DNA of 63,496 nt, filler included, from Stramenopiles sp. TOSAG23-2 (GCA_900128395.1; 21 parts of 21 records of this genome joined end to end with filler, not necessarily neighbours in it); one strand, 5' to 3'; positions 21,290 through 34,350 are shown, numbered from the whole stretch's first letter. Numbers and translations are program-made. The notes: generated by a model not told the origin, from the sequence alone.

Positions 21290-24135
21290 ACATTCGAAGA
21301 AGGCCAACAGAAACAGAGTCTGCGAAAAAATTATTACCATTGGATGTTGATTTCGTACGTAGACGTCGTGCCGTATTAAATAAAAACGGTGAAATTGAAT
21401 ATAAAGATGAAATTTTTCGTGCAATGGAAGAAATACCTGAACCACCCAAACCGGTGACAATATTAGGACCAACAAGTTGGTGTAGAAGTGTACAGATGAA
21501 ACAACAATTGAAATTTTTAATACCAAAAAAATGCAATGAATACGATTCCGTCCCAATGATGCCACACAATAGTCAGAAATTTGGCGTAGGGCAAGGCGAA
21601 CCAATACGTGATAGAGATAAAGTGTGGCGAATGGATTCGTTTAGAAAATTTTTTGAAGGTCGTGGTACGATCGGGCGTTCTACGAAAAAATGGAAGATGA
21701 AACATGGTGATTTTTACGGTTCAGACGTCGTACAATGGGTGGATGGATTTCCATTGCGACAATCATTGATACATTGCGAATCTAGAATGATATCAAATGA
21801 TTATAGTTTAATATCCGTGCATGGCATGGGTATTTCTGGACGGGTATATAATGAAGGTGAAGCAAGAGTTCCAAAATTTCTACAAATAACTGTACATACG
21901 CCATCTGATTGTGGTAAATATGAAATACGTGTTATGGTAAAGGAATTGCCTGATTTATTTGCTGATCAACCGGATCTTTTATTGCCTGGGCGAAAGAAAA
22001 AAATGTGTAAAGAATTGATTAAATTATGTTATTTTGAATATAGCAATTCTGATCCAGTAAATTTAGAAGATGAAACACCATTATTTGGTGGTTGGGGCAA
22101 AGATAAATATGTACCACCACAACGTGATGGGGAAGAAAACGACGAGGATGAATCGAAAAAAGCGGAGGATGAATTATTAGAAGATGATAGTACATTGGAA
22201 GCAAAGGCAAAATCGGATGAAATGGTTACGGATGAAAAAGGTAATATTATTATACGTGGTACAGATGGTAAAGATCATTTAATGAGGCCAGATTTAATGA
22301 AAGTATTATTAATCAGTCGTGGGAATAAATTAAATAAACGTGAACGGAGGGAAAATTGGTTAAAAAAACGTGCGGAATTACGTGCGGAAGATAAATTGCC
22401 CTCCACACCAAGGCCACCACCTGTGCCATTGCGAATGGTCGATCGTAAATATGCATGTGGTTTACGTATGCAAGGGATGTCCTTTTATGCATCCGTGTAT
22501 TGCTATGCAGATCGACCTGGTAATTATCAATTTGTATTACGACAACCAAATACTGGAACGAAATTAACCATGAAAGTTGGTAAATTTGAAGTTGCAAAAC
22601 TTGTCAATGAGAAACGGCCAGCACGTTTCTGGACGAAAAAATTAGAAAAAGAAATATTAGGTAAAGTCTGTCGGATGTTTGATGTTATTACATGGCAACC
22701 AGTAGAAGAATCTAGACCATTACAAATGGCATTCCGTTTAGGTAGTAAGAAAAGTATACCTGGAAATGCATATGTTCGTTCACAAGAAGCCAAGGCATTG
22801 ACGGCAAAATTAACGTATAAAGTTACATCATCTAGAAAAGCTAGTATTGCACCGAAAGCTGAAAAATACAAACGTCGATTTAAATTGGTTCGTGAAATGG
22901 TTCATGGTACCCGACTATATATTGGAACAATACGATGGTGTGGCGTGAAAACTATTTTTGACATATTTTATAAATATCATTTGAAAGCGGAAAAAATAAC
23001 AGTACGTTTGTACAAAATGAATCAACCATATGCAATCTTTGAAATCGTCTGGCGTGATTTTGAAGTTTTTCTAAAAGATATTCATACATTAGAATTATTA
23101 CGTAAAGCAAAGAAAAAAATATTGAAAAAGAAATGGAAAAAATTAGGATATGGTGGATTTGAAAACCCTATATGGGGAGATGCAATGCGTATATTATTAC
23201 AATCACGCATCAAGTTATTAAATGAAGAGGAGGAAGTAAATCCATTATCACGTGTTGTAGGTCATCGTCCAGTTAAAAAAAAATTGCTTAGTAAGAAGAC
23301 ATATAAAAAGAAAAAAAAAGAAAAGGAAAAAAAATTCGACGAGGATGGAAATGTAATAGAAGAAGAAGAAGATGAGGAGGAGGAAGAAGAAGATGATGAT
23401 GAGGATGATGATGACATTGACATGGATGATGTTGATGAATTTGGCAATATTATCGAACGTGAAACATTTAATGATCAAAAGAAATTAGAAAATGTAACGT
23501 TTTGTAACCGAAACATATCATTCGATCGTAGAATATTTTCAAGATGGATTCGTGTTACGGATATGCGAATACCAACACGTAATGATGATGATGATGATGA
23601 TAATTCTACAAATAGTGATGATGATAGTAGCAATGGTGGTAATGAAAGTGAAGACAAGGAAATTAATGAAGTTGAGAAGAAGGATGGCACGAAAAAAAAT
23701 GACGAAGAGAAAGATAGCGATGAAGAGGATAGTGGGGATGATGAGGAAGATGATCTTAATTCCATTCAAAGTTCTGAAGATCAAGATGATGATAGTGATG
23801 ATATGTCATCAATGTCTGATCTCGATGATGATGAAATTAAAAGTGTCTACATTCAAGTGACTGTACATCAACGTGAATGGAGGTTATTCATCGTTGCATA
23901 TGAACCACTAGAACGAAAATATTATTATCCAAAATTTAATGAAACTATGTCACGCTCATTATCAAATGAATTTAAAAAATTAGATGTAAGCAAACGGACT
24001 GTTACGTTAAGTGTCACAGTTGCCTCTATGACAATGGTTGATGAAGAGGATGAAGAGGGTGAAAAGACTGGTAAAGGTATATTAGTATTTCAAGATGAAG
24101 CGGAAGATGATAGCAGTAGTGATGATAGTTTGTAA
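21290..24135 (+). CDS. Large hypothetical protein with acidic tracts (5' partial)
   Basis: More than 930 uninterrupted codons; no family recognised. Confidence 0.75.
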
Positions 24136-24743
24136 AAAAAATATACGTAGAAAAAATAAATTTTAAAATATTTTACCGGGGTGTATTTTTAAAACTTTAT
24201 ATATATGACCCACCGGCGATAAGATCNNNNNNNNNNNNNNNNNNNNNNNNNNNNNNNNNNNNNNNNNNNNTTAATTAATTAANNNNNNNNNNNNNNNNNN
24301 NNNNNNNNNNNNNNNNNNNNNNNNNNTCTCCTTCCGTTTTTGCTTGTCATTGTATTTCCATGCTATAATCGCGATGAAAAATGAAAAATTCAAATATAGT
24401 CAACTTACGCAGCTATCGGCATGCAAAAACAACTAATAACAATAGAAAAAAATAATTTAGATTTTATATATATTATTATTATTATTATTTATATATTCGA
24501 AAGATTTTGATACAAACAATTTAGAAGAAATATATGTAGAACTTCATTACATTAATTCTTATTGTTATTTTTATTTAAAAGACTATATATATATATATAT
24601 AAAAAAAAATTTATATAATAATAGTATTGTATTATTACCAAATTAAAAAATAATTATTATTACATTTATATTATTTAGTTTTTAAATTTTAATATTTTTT
24701 TTTTTGAAAGGAAATAACTGTTAAAAAATTGAATAAAAGAAAT

Positions 24744-26801
24744 ATGAGTAGACGCAGAGGTAATAACGAACCGAAAAAGGAACAGTTTGATGATTATGAT
24801 TTTCAAGAGCCGACTGTTGAATATATTGATCCACCTGATCATATGGGAGGACCAGTATTGAAAGATTTGACAGATGCACAATTGAAGGAGGAGGTAACTT
24901 GTGTATTAACTGCTGATGATCCAAATCAACCAAAAAATATTGCAAGTTACTCGTTTAAAGATAAATCTTTTCGTCCGCAACCACCACTTGCACATGGTCA
25001 ATTGGCTATTCATTTTCATATGATTGGGTCGTCATTGCACATTGACAGCGATGAAGCAAAAATGCAGCAAGCTGAGGAAAATCGTAAGAAAGAGGAGCAA
25101 GAGGAAATACGCAGACAAGCAAAAACGGAAGGAGATGAAGATGCCATTTTAGCAACGGAGGGTGGGAAAAATCAGTTTAACTATAGTGAACGTGCTGCGC
25201 AAACGTTTAACAATCCAATGCGTGAACGAGGTGTCTCAACACAGCCTCCGCCTATGCAAACAATGGGTGCAACGGTAACCCAATGGGACATTTACGATAG
25301 TTACATGGAATTGATGGCCAATGCACAGCGTGAGGCAGAGCTAACGGCTAAGCCTAGCTCCAGCAAATCAAGCAGTGGAGGTGCAAGCACTGACGCTGAT
25401 AAAGGAAAAGAAGATGAAGATGTTATCCATAGTGCTGCTATGGGAAAATCATTGAAGATTTTAGAGCGTATGGTAAACCAGAACGAGGAGGATGAAATCT
25501 TCCAAGATTTTAAATATTGGGAAGATCAAAGTGACCAGTTTCGCGATGGGGAAGGAAGTTTATTGCCATTATGGCGATTTTCAACAGAACGTACAAAACG
25601 AAAGCAGGTTACTAGTGTAGCATGGAATCCAAAATATCAAGATTTATTTGCCGTTGGTTACGGTTCATACGATTTCATGCGGCAAGGCAGTGGTATGATC
25701 TGCTGCTTCTCATTGAAAAATACGTCTCATCCGGAATATACATTTAGTACAGAAAGTGGTGTCATGTGCTTGGACTTTCATCCACAACACCCAGCATTAT
25801 TAGCCGTAGGTTGTTACGATGGAACCGTGATGGTTTTCGATGTCCGTAACAAGGTAAATAAACCAATATATATTAGTAGTATTAAAACTGGAAAACATAC
25901 AGATCCAGTATGGCAGGTTATGTGGCAAGAGGAAGATATTGCAAAGGAATTGAACTTCTTCTCGATTAGTAGTGATGGGCGTGTAGCAAATTGGATCATG
26001 AGCAAAAATACTGAATTCAAAATGGAAGCTGTAATGCAATTGAAATTAGTATCATCGCAAAAGGATGAACCAGAGGAAGAGACTGCATTGACAGGTTTAG
26101 CTGGTGGTTGTTGTATTGATTTTAACAAAGTCAGCGAACATTTATTTATTGTCGGTACAGAAGAAGGTAAAATTCATAAATGTTCCAAAGCATATTCTGG
26201 GCAATATTTGGAAACATATGAAGGCCATCATATGGCGGTGTATGCTGTGAAATGGAATCACTTCCACCCAAGAGTTTTCATCTCATGTAGTGCTGATTGG
26301 ACAGTTAAATTATGGGATCATAATTTACCATATGCAATTATGTCATTTGATCTATTCAATGCAGTTGGTGATGTTGCGTGGGCTCCATACTCATCTACTG
26401 TCTTTTCTGCAGTAACAAGTGACGGGAAAGTGCATGTATTTGATTTGAACGAAAATAAACACGAGCCGCTGTGTGAGCAAAAAGTTGTGAAACGTGCTAG
26501 ATTGACGCATGTAATGTTCAACCCACGCGATCCTGTGATATTAGTTGGTGATGATCGTGGTGGTGTAAACTCCTTGAAATTGTCCCCAAATCTCAGGAAG
26601 CTTGTCGATGCTGGTCAGAAGAAAGAGGATAGTGGTAAAGACGATGGTGGTGGTAAGAAAAAGAAGAAGAGAAGAAGGAGAAAGAAGAAAACGAGTGAAG
26701 AAGATGCCGATGCAGGTAAACCCGTTGTTACCAAAGCAATGCTTGAAATTGCTAAGTTTGATAAATTACTATCATCTACTGATGCTGGACCGAAGGAATA
26801 A
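24744..26801 (+). CDS. DNAI1: Axonemal outer-arm dynein intermediate chain 1 (IC78/IC1), WD40
   Basis: NQFNYSERAAQTFNNPMRERGVSTQPPP, ERMVNQN, FKYWEDQSDQFRDGEGSLLPLWRF, FAVGYGSYDF, KLSPNLRK and WD repeats. Confidence 0.93.
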   Translation: MSRRRGNNEPKKEQFDDYDFQEPTVEYIDPPDHMGGPVLKDLTDAQLKEEVTCVLTADDPNQPKNIASYSFKDKSFRPQPPLAHGQLAIHFHMIGSSLHIDSDEAKMQQAEENRKKEEQEEIRRQAKTEGDEDAILATEGGKNQFNYSERAAQTFNNPMRERGVSTQPPPMQTMGATVTQWDIYDSYMELMANAQREAELTAKPSSSKSSSGGASTDADKGKEDEDVIHSAAMGKSLKILERMVNQNEEDEIFQDFKYWEDQSDQFRDGEGSLLPLWRFSTERTKRKQVTSVAWNPKYQDLFAVGYGSYDFMRQGSGMICCFSLKNTSHPEYTFSTESGVMCLDFHPQHPALLAVGCYDGTVMVFDVRNKVNKPIYISSIKTGKHTDPVWQVMWQEEDIAKELNFFSISSDGRVANWIMSKNTEFKMEAVMQLKLVSSQKDEPEEETALTGLAGGCCIDFNKVSEHLFIVGTEEGKIHKCSKAYSGQYLETYEGHHMAVYAVKWNHFHPRVFISCSADWTVKLWDHNLPYAIMSFDLFNAVGDVAWAPYSSTVFSAVTSDGKVHVFDLNENKHEPLCEQKVVKRARLTHVMFNPRDPVILVGDDRGGVNSLKLSPNLRKLVDAGQKKEDSGKDDGGGKKKKKRRRRKKKTSEEDADAGKPVVTKAMLEIAKFDKLLSSTDAGPKE

Positions 26802-27740
26802 AACTAAAACACACAGATTTCACTTTAAATTTTACACATTAATATTTTATCATGAGCATGTAAAGCATGGTATCATATATATTACACTTTGTAAAATGCA
26901 TCATTATATAATCGTTTTCGACGATGGGATGAAAAATTTCATTTAAATAGAAATTTCATAATTCAAATAACATAATATATGATAATGTATAAGGAATGAT
27001 TTGGAAGAGTATGATAGTGTGAAGAGACGCGTATACGAAAGTATTATTATATCATCGTATACACAAGTACGAGTACTTTTTCACCATATTTAAAAATGTT
27101 TTTTAAAAATTAAATATTCGTAATTATACAGTACGAAGATATAATATTATTTCTCTCTTACTCATAAAATATTATAATATATATATATATGACCTTGATG
27201 TGATTTACAACTTTATGAAGGAGGACCTCTTTCATTTAGCTCTGAATCACAGACTGTNNNNNNNNNNNNNNNNNNNNNNNNNNNNNNNNNNNNNNNNNNN
27301 NTTAATTAATTAANNNNNNNNNNNNNNNNNNNNNNNNNNNNNNNNNNNNNNNNNNNNAACAAAAAAAATATATTAAAATATTACGAGTATTAATAATTTA
27401 ATGATGCGTTGTGTCTTGTGTCACACAGTACGTATATTTTTAGTACACACCTGGTACCTGGTACACGAGTCGTAAATCATATTTTAAAAAGGAGAGGTTT
27501 TAAATTGTTTTTTTTAAAAAAGTAAATTACATTTTTTTACTCGTATTAAAATAATGTGCGGATAATAAAAATATTAATTTTATAAAAATACTGAAATGTA
27601 CACCAAAATATGTGTCCAACGATGTACAATGTACGAAATATTGAATATTGTACCTCTACCAAAAATTAAAAAAAGCTAAAGCTAAAAAAATCTCGTATCT
27701 CGTATCTCTCGAACGAGAAACGACTTTCTTCTTTCTTGTA

Positions 27741-28824
27741 TCACTTCTGAAATTGTGTATAATATGTATACATTGCTTCTGATTCTTTTTCAATTGATGT
27801 ATATTCATCATATACATTTTTTTTAAATGATTTATTCAATTGATCGTCAATTTCATCCTTTGTCTTGTTATCCGCCACATCGCCATTATTATTATCATTA
27901 TTATCCATATTATGCAAAACAAAATCTAAGCCATTTGATGATGTTGATAACCAAGAATTATACCAGTCATTTGGAATTGATTTTTTTCTACGAGTATTAT
28001 TACTATCATCCTCATCATGTCGTTCTTTCACAACAACTAAATTTAATTTATTATATTGTTCTTCCATTCGATATTCTGTATAATCTTCCGGTACTTCTAA
28101 TAAATTATTTACAATCGATTTACCAAATGGTGAATTAAATTCATCATCAAAATGAGTTATTGTATTACATTCATATTCAATCATTGAACTTTTTTTTAAG
28201 TTGTCATTGGTATCGTTATTTATTTCATTAACATCAACAATATCATTTGTCAAAACTTGTCGTGCTATTGTAAACATTGATCCACCAGATGTAGATGCAG
28301 CACGTTCAACATCATGTTTTGAACCAGTATATCCATTTTCATTATCGTATGTACCAAGAAACAGATCTAACGATCGTTGTTTGTCTGAATCACTAAAATT
28401 ATTACTAATATAACGTGTTACCGCAACAAATGCATTTTTTGCACCACCAGTTAATGTAACTTTATGTTGAATGTGATTGGTAGAAGGAGAAGATTTCGAT
28501 AAATGACGTGATGGTGAAGATGTAGGTGTTGATATATTTGTATTTTTGACTTCATCTTCTATTATTATCGTGGAATCATTTTCTGTGTTGTTTGTGGATA
28601 TTGGCTCTTCATTGACTTGTTGCTTCTTTTTTGTACTTTTTTTTTTACTTCCACCAAAAAATGTACTTCGAAAACTACTATGTTTCTTCTTCATCGTCTT
28701 TTTCTCTTCCATCATTTTGTTATTATTATATTCAACAATTTTTCTTTTACTACTATTATTATTATCATCCTCCTCTAACGATGCACTACTTGAGGATCGA
28801 AAATGTCCAGAGAAACTAGTATAA

Positions 28825-28855
<31 letters not shown>

Positions 28856-30287
28856 TGGTGACCATGGAATTTTGTTCCTCATTTACAACATGTCGTTGAA
28901 AATCTAAATCAATATCGTTTGATGTAGATCTACTATCATTATTATTATTATTATTATTATCACTTGAATGAGGCGTAGTATTAAATGTATCATTAGTAGT
29001 AGTATCATTACGACCACCACGTAAATGTCGTACAGGAGAACGTGATGGGCTACGTAACAATAAATGTGTATTGTTTTTTCCATTTGGTGTATTATATGTT
29101 TTACTATTGTTATTATTATTATTATTAGTCGTACTGCTTTTTGCTAATGCTAATGAATGCATTGCACCAGAACCACCATATTGATTACCCATACAATTTC
29201 CATGTTCAGCATACATTTTCATCAATTCTTGCCATACTAGACTATACTCATCGGAATCTGTTATATCGACATTCAATGCATCCATTTGCGCTTCTAAACA
29301 CGTTCTGCCTAAGCTAAATTGTGCAACATTTGTTCGATCTAAACAATCAATACAATTTGTTCGCAATGTACCATGTTGCTCAATCCCATAACGCAAATGT
29401 TTTAATGAAATATCATTACTTTTCAACCTTGCATCTGTAGATGATAATGGTATTAATGTACGAAAGAAACCAGTGGTTTTGAATATCGATCCAGCAATTT
29501 CTGATATAGCATCTAATACATTTTGATTTGGGGATCTTGCACATTTTAAAAAATCAAATGTTATATATGCAATTGGTTTCGTTCGTGTTGGTGCCATGGT
29601 TCCAGTGATAGGAGATGCCGTTTCATCCGTTTGTTTTTGCAATTGTTTATTTAAATAACGTATGCAATTGGTATATTCATCAAATAATAATGTTTCCTTT
29701 GGTCTACCAGTTTCTTCTTGTTTTATTAAATTCAATGAAACAATTGGTTCTGGATATCGTTGTGCTAAATTATCAAAATGCAAACTAGCTGCTTTATATG
29801 TAGAATCTTGTTTCCATAATAAAAAATCAGGTTTTGGCATACTTAAATTTTCATGACACCAATGCAATGGTATCGAACCACGTACTTGTACCATGGATGT
29901 ATATAAACCATGTTCTGCGGCTGCCATTAATGGTTCTTCCCCTACCATTTGTTCTGTTTCAACTTCATTAGCAACTCGACCTTGTATATCGGATCCACGT
30001 TTTAAATATCGTGGCCCAGCAAAATGTCTTGATCGACGTGCAATTAATGTCATACGTAATTTTCGATTATTTAATAATAATGTTCGTTGTGAAAAGTAAC
30101 CATGGATAATTGGTGTGATCCATGGACTTGCAAATGTTCCTAATGCACCAACTATTTCCTCTAATAAATATGAATTCCAAACAAAATATTCATTACATTT
30201 CATTATTTTTGTCGTCGTTTCATCATGTGATGAAGCATTGATCAATTGTTGACCGCCAAATATCATATTATTTTGCAATGTACTGAT
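27741..30287 (-). CDS. FIG4: SAC-domain polyphosphoinositide phosphatase FIG4/SAC3 (5' partial)
   Basis: LIARRSRHFAGPRYLKRG, GRVANEVETEQ, VQVRGSIPLHW, catalytic RTNCIDCLDRTNVAQF, QYGGS and RYISNNFSDSDKQRSLDLFLG. Confidence 0.88.
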
Positions 30288-30387
30288 NNNNNNNNNNNNN
30301 NNNNNNNNNNNNNNNNNNNNNNNNNNNNNNNTTAATTAATTAANNNNNNNNNNNNNNNNNNNNNNNNNNNNNNNNNNNNNNNNNNNN

Positions 30388-31992
30388 GATTTTGTTGATA
30401 TTGCCTGGCTTGAAGAACTTTCATCTCTTTATTCATCTTACACGCGACAATTGCGTAGACCCAAAAACAAGATGTGGCTGAAAGTAAAACCATGCTGTGG
30501 TCGCCTTGGTAACAGGTTGTTTCAATTGGCATCTGGATATGGTATTGCAGCAACACATGGTGCCATTTTGTGTTTTCCAAGATGGCGAATGACTCTTTTG
30601 CCTACCTTACTCCAAGGCCCCTTTCCTCCCGATTGTCCCAACGTGTTTCCGCAACATCCACACTATGAAGCGGGCAATTCCATGTTCCAACATTTTCCGA
30701 AAAGGGACAACATGTTTGTGGGTACGTATCTGCAGTCGTGGCGTTATTTTGACTTCATTAAAGAGGATATTAGGAAACATCTACATATAAAAGAGGACAT
30801 TAAAAGACAAGCCGAAGATTACGTAAGCGCACACGGTGGTACTTTAAATACGGTGGGCATCCACGTACGTAAAAACTATGAAGATACTAACCTAAAATTT
30901 CCACCAGAAACATACTTTGAACACGCCATGGGACATTTTCAAGGTGGCGTACGCTTTATTGTTGTGAGTGACAACGCTACTTGGTGTACGGAACAAACAA
31001 TGTTCAAACGTCCCAACATCCACATCATTACGGCGCCCCATACCCCTGCGTTGGACTTGGCAATTTTGGCGAGTTGTGACGCAGTTATTATGACTATTGG
31101 TACCTTTGGATGGTGGGGTGGATGGTTGTCTGGCGGCGAGGTCGTGTACTACAAAGACGCGTTTTTGATGGACCATGAGTTAAACAAAGGCAAGGTGGTG
31201 GTGGCGGACCACTATCCGGAGGAGTGGGTGGGTCTGGGAATGAATTTGTTTGACATAGTTATACCAGTTGGACCAAATGATAAAGATGTTATCAAAGAAC
31301 AAATAAAGTATACTAAAAAAAATATAATTGGTTACAGAAATATCTATTTGATTGTTTATGATCCATCAATAAAAATAGATGGGTGTATTACCATTAATGA
31401 GAACATTTTCCCTTTTAATATAGAAACAGTTTCTAAATATCACGGAAAATTACGGAGAAATGGATGGTATTTACAGCAATTATTGAAATTATATGCGGGT
31501 AAAATCATCCCAGATATTTTAGATAAATATTTAGTAATTGATAGTGATACATTTTTCTTGAAACCAACAACTTTTATAGAAAATAATAAATGCTTGTATA
31601 ATTATGGTAGAGAATACCATAAACCATACTTTGAACATATGATAAAATTGGATAAAGGTTTGAATAAAATTTATGGAGATAAATCTGGTATTTGTCATCA
31701 TATGATATTTGAGACAAAATATATAGATGAACTTATTTCTAGAATTGAGATAAACCATAATGATTTATTTTACAACGTATTTTTAAAAACGGTAACGGAT
31801 AAAACCGGTTCTGGTGCTTCGGAATATGAAATTTATTTCAACTATATGTTAAAGTATAATCCAGATAAAATAAAAATTAGAGGATTAAACTGGAAAAATA
31901 CAAATAAACTAGAAACAAATTGGAATGGAGATTATATATCATGTCATTGGTGGAATGCAATAAGCGGAGAAATAGTATGGGGCCGTACATGA
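30388..31992 (+). CDS. Multidomain glycosyltransferase: GT11 alpha-1,2-fucosyltransferase-like domain fused to a GT-A-like (DUF6492-type) domain (5' partial)
   Basis: GRLGNRLFQ, VGIHVR and DLAILASCDAVIMTIGTFGWWGGWL (GT11), then FDIVIPVGPND, GWYLQQLLKLYA, YLVIDSDTFF (DxD) and ASEYEIYFNY. The frame is open to the contig edge. Confidence 0.85.
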   Translation, partial: DFVDIAWLEELSSLYSSYTRQLRRPKNKMWLKVKPCCGRLGNRLFQLASGYGIAATHGAILCFPRWRMTLLPTLLQGPFPPDCPNVFPQHPHYEAGNSMFQHFPKRDNMFVGTYLQSWRYFDFIKEDIRKHLHIKEDIKRQAEDYVSAHGGTLNTVGIHVRKNYEDTNLKFPPETYFEHAMGHFQGGVRFIVVSDNATWCTEQTMFKRPNIHIITAPHTPALDLAILASCDAVIMTIGTFGWWGGWLSGGEVVYYKDAFLMDHELNKGKVVVADHYPEEWVGLGMNLFDIVIPVGPNDKDVIKEQIKYTKKNIIGYRNIYLIVYDPSIKIDGCITINENIFPFNIETVSKYHGKLRRNGWYLQQLLKLYAGKIIPDILDKYLVIDSDTFFLKPTTFIENNKCLYNYGREYHKPYFEHMIKLDKGLNKIYGDKSGICHHMIFETKYIDELISRIEINHNDLFYNVFLKTVTDKTGSGASEYEIYFNYMLKYNPDKIKIRGLNWKNTNKLETNWNGDYISCHWWNAISGEIVWGRT

Positions 31993-32776
31993 TGGGTGAA
32001 ATCAAAAAGACATAAACAACAGGAAAAGGTGACCTTGCACATTTATATTATTAATCTTGAGAAACGTCGAAAACGATATGATTTGTTGCTCCAAAATTTA
32101 AATAAGATGCTTTTACCTGAAAACTGAAAATTAGATATCAACCGTGTCAATGCATCTGCTGGTAACGAAAGAAATTCATCTACCTATAGTAATTGGCGTA
32201 CAACAAATGCCCACCATGATGGTAAAGTAGACGAAACCCAGAAATATTGGATTAGGAATGTAACAAACGGAGAGATAGGTTGTTATATGTCACATGTAAA
32301 TACCATCATAAACACAATTGCACCATACAACACAAATGATTTACGAAAACATTACTTTTTAATGTTGGAAGATGATGCTAACTTTAATACATTTGAATTA
32401 GCATTTGAAATCAAAACCAGATTAATATCATTACCAACAAATTGGGATCTCTTTTATTTAGGTTATGCTTTTGTAAACAATAAACACAGAGTCATAAACG
32501 AAAATATATACAAATGCGGTTACACCTATCAAACCCATGCATATATGATCACAAAAGAAGCCGCACAAAAAATAGCTAGAATAGATAATATTTATGATGA
32601 TATAGTAGCTTATGATGAATTTTTATCATCCATTCATAAACAGCATCCTAGAGAAGATATGAATAATTTGTATAATATAAGGGAAGAATTCAATTTTTAT
32701 GCTTCACAAGATATAATTGATATGGCAACGTAAAGTCTCTGAAGGAGGCGATGGTATACATGATTCTAAAAATTGA
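31993..32776 (+). pseudogene. GT25 glycosyltransferase domain, in frame with the upstream GT ORF but disrupted (TGA 31990, TGA 32125, frameshift near 32715)
   Basis: IYIINLEKRRKR, GEIGCYMSH, LMLEDDA, WDLFYLGY and YQTHAYMIT; the alternative-frame tail reads IWQRKVSEGGDGIHDSKN*. Confidence 0.8.
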
Positions 32777-33178
32777 CTTTTTTTAATAATTTTAAATATA
32801 TAATAAAGTACGCGTATTTTAATTTTTTATTTCTTACCCACATGTTGACAATTCCTACTCTCACAGCGACAAGTCAGAAAACAAAAAAAAGAAATCACAA
32901 GTGGCGCCGGACGATGACTTTATCTGAAGACTAAAATGTAAAAACTCATTTTCAGTGGGGGCCAGAGGAACTTGGTCAAGAATATATTATATTTTTACGA
33001 GGAGGTGTTTTCGTGTATAATTACGACCGTATATTTTTTTTATTTTATTAAATATATTATATTTTTCAGATAGACTTATTTAAATTCATCATGTATAATA
33101 CATCATTATATTTTTAACCATCATTTTAATACCGAGTAATAAAAATAATCATTTTAAATACAAAAATGCCTGTATTAT

Positions 33179-33316
33179 TCACACTCCCACACCCACATTT
33201 CCAAAGAAAGCATTGTAAATGGTAATAGCCACTGATCCAAGCAGAGTTAAGATTGCTTCCGCCATCCGACTGTCAACTGGAAATCCATTAATACGCAGTT
33301 TTTCATTATCCCCCTC
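33179..33316 (-). CDS. C-terminal fragment of a membrane protein (5' partial)
   Basis: EGDNEKLRINGFPVDSRMAEAILTLLGSVAITIYNAFFGNVGVGV*, open to the contig edge. Confidence 0.4.
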   Translation of the reverse strand, partial: EGDNEKLRINGFPVDSRMAEAILTLLGSVAITIYNAFFGNVGVGV

Positions 33317-33416
33317 NNNNNNNNNNNNNNNNNNNNNNNNNNNNNNNNNNNNNNNNNNNNTTAATTAATTAANNNNNNNNNNNNNNNNNNNNNNNNNNNN
33401 NNNNNNNNNNNNNNNN

Positions 33417-33645
33417 CACCTGTGCCACGTTCAGGAGGCGGTGGTCCTTCACCTGCAAGGATTGTCTTTGGAATGTTACTTTTATTATTATTATTACTGG
33501 AAAAAAAACGATGTTTCATATTGTTAATATACAACGAAGAAGTTGAAAATGAAGTTGGTAGTTTCCATTGTTTTATTGATAATAATGGTTGTTTTTTAAT
33601 AATATTCTGTTTTACAAATATATATTTAATTGTAGAGGATATCAT
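33417..33645 (-). CDS. N-terminus of a probable mitochondrial protein (3' partial)
   Basis: Basic/hydroxylated presequence-like start ending HRFFSS; runs into the gap. Confidence 0.45.
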
Positions 33646-34350
33646 TGTGACGTAAATTTATTTATTTCAATAGACACGCACACACACAAACACACACACA
33701 TAAACACACAAATATATACTAATATATACTAATATATATATGTATACAACTATCTATGAATGTATACATTTTTGATTCTAGATCGATGGATGGCACGCAC
33801 GCACGCACGGTGCCGATCGAATAAAAAGTATATAAATATACTACTATACAAATAATAATTTAAAATAAGTATATGCGTAATAATAATAGTAGTACCTGGT
33901 GGCCATTTTTTTATAATAATTTCATCAGAGAGAATATCTCTGCCAGTCGTCTGCACCTCTCTGGTATTATAGTATGTGGTATATAATATAATACCAGTAT
34001 ACCTTAACTTGGTACTATGTATAGCCAGATAGCAGGCGAAAAGCGTATTAGTATTATATAGTATCGTTTCTGCTTCTTGTGCTATCCTGGCTATTTTTCA
34101 TCAAAACTTATTATTATGGCCTGTGCTGATAGAATCTTCTTCTCTCTGATAGAATGCTGGAATGATAAGACGGAGAAAAATATTATATATATATAATACA
34201 TACATGTGGGTGTTGTCCAGGATACCTTTCCTTTGTCTACTGTATATATATACATACTAATGTCAAAGAAACAAGATACCGTCTGTGGAAGAATATCATT
34301 TATAACAATAAACAAGTAAATAACATTATTATTATATTTTAACATCTAAC

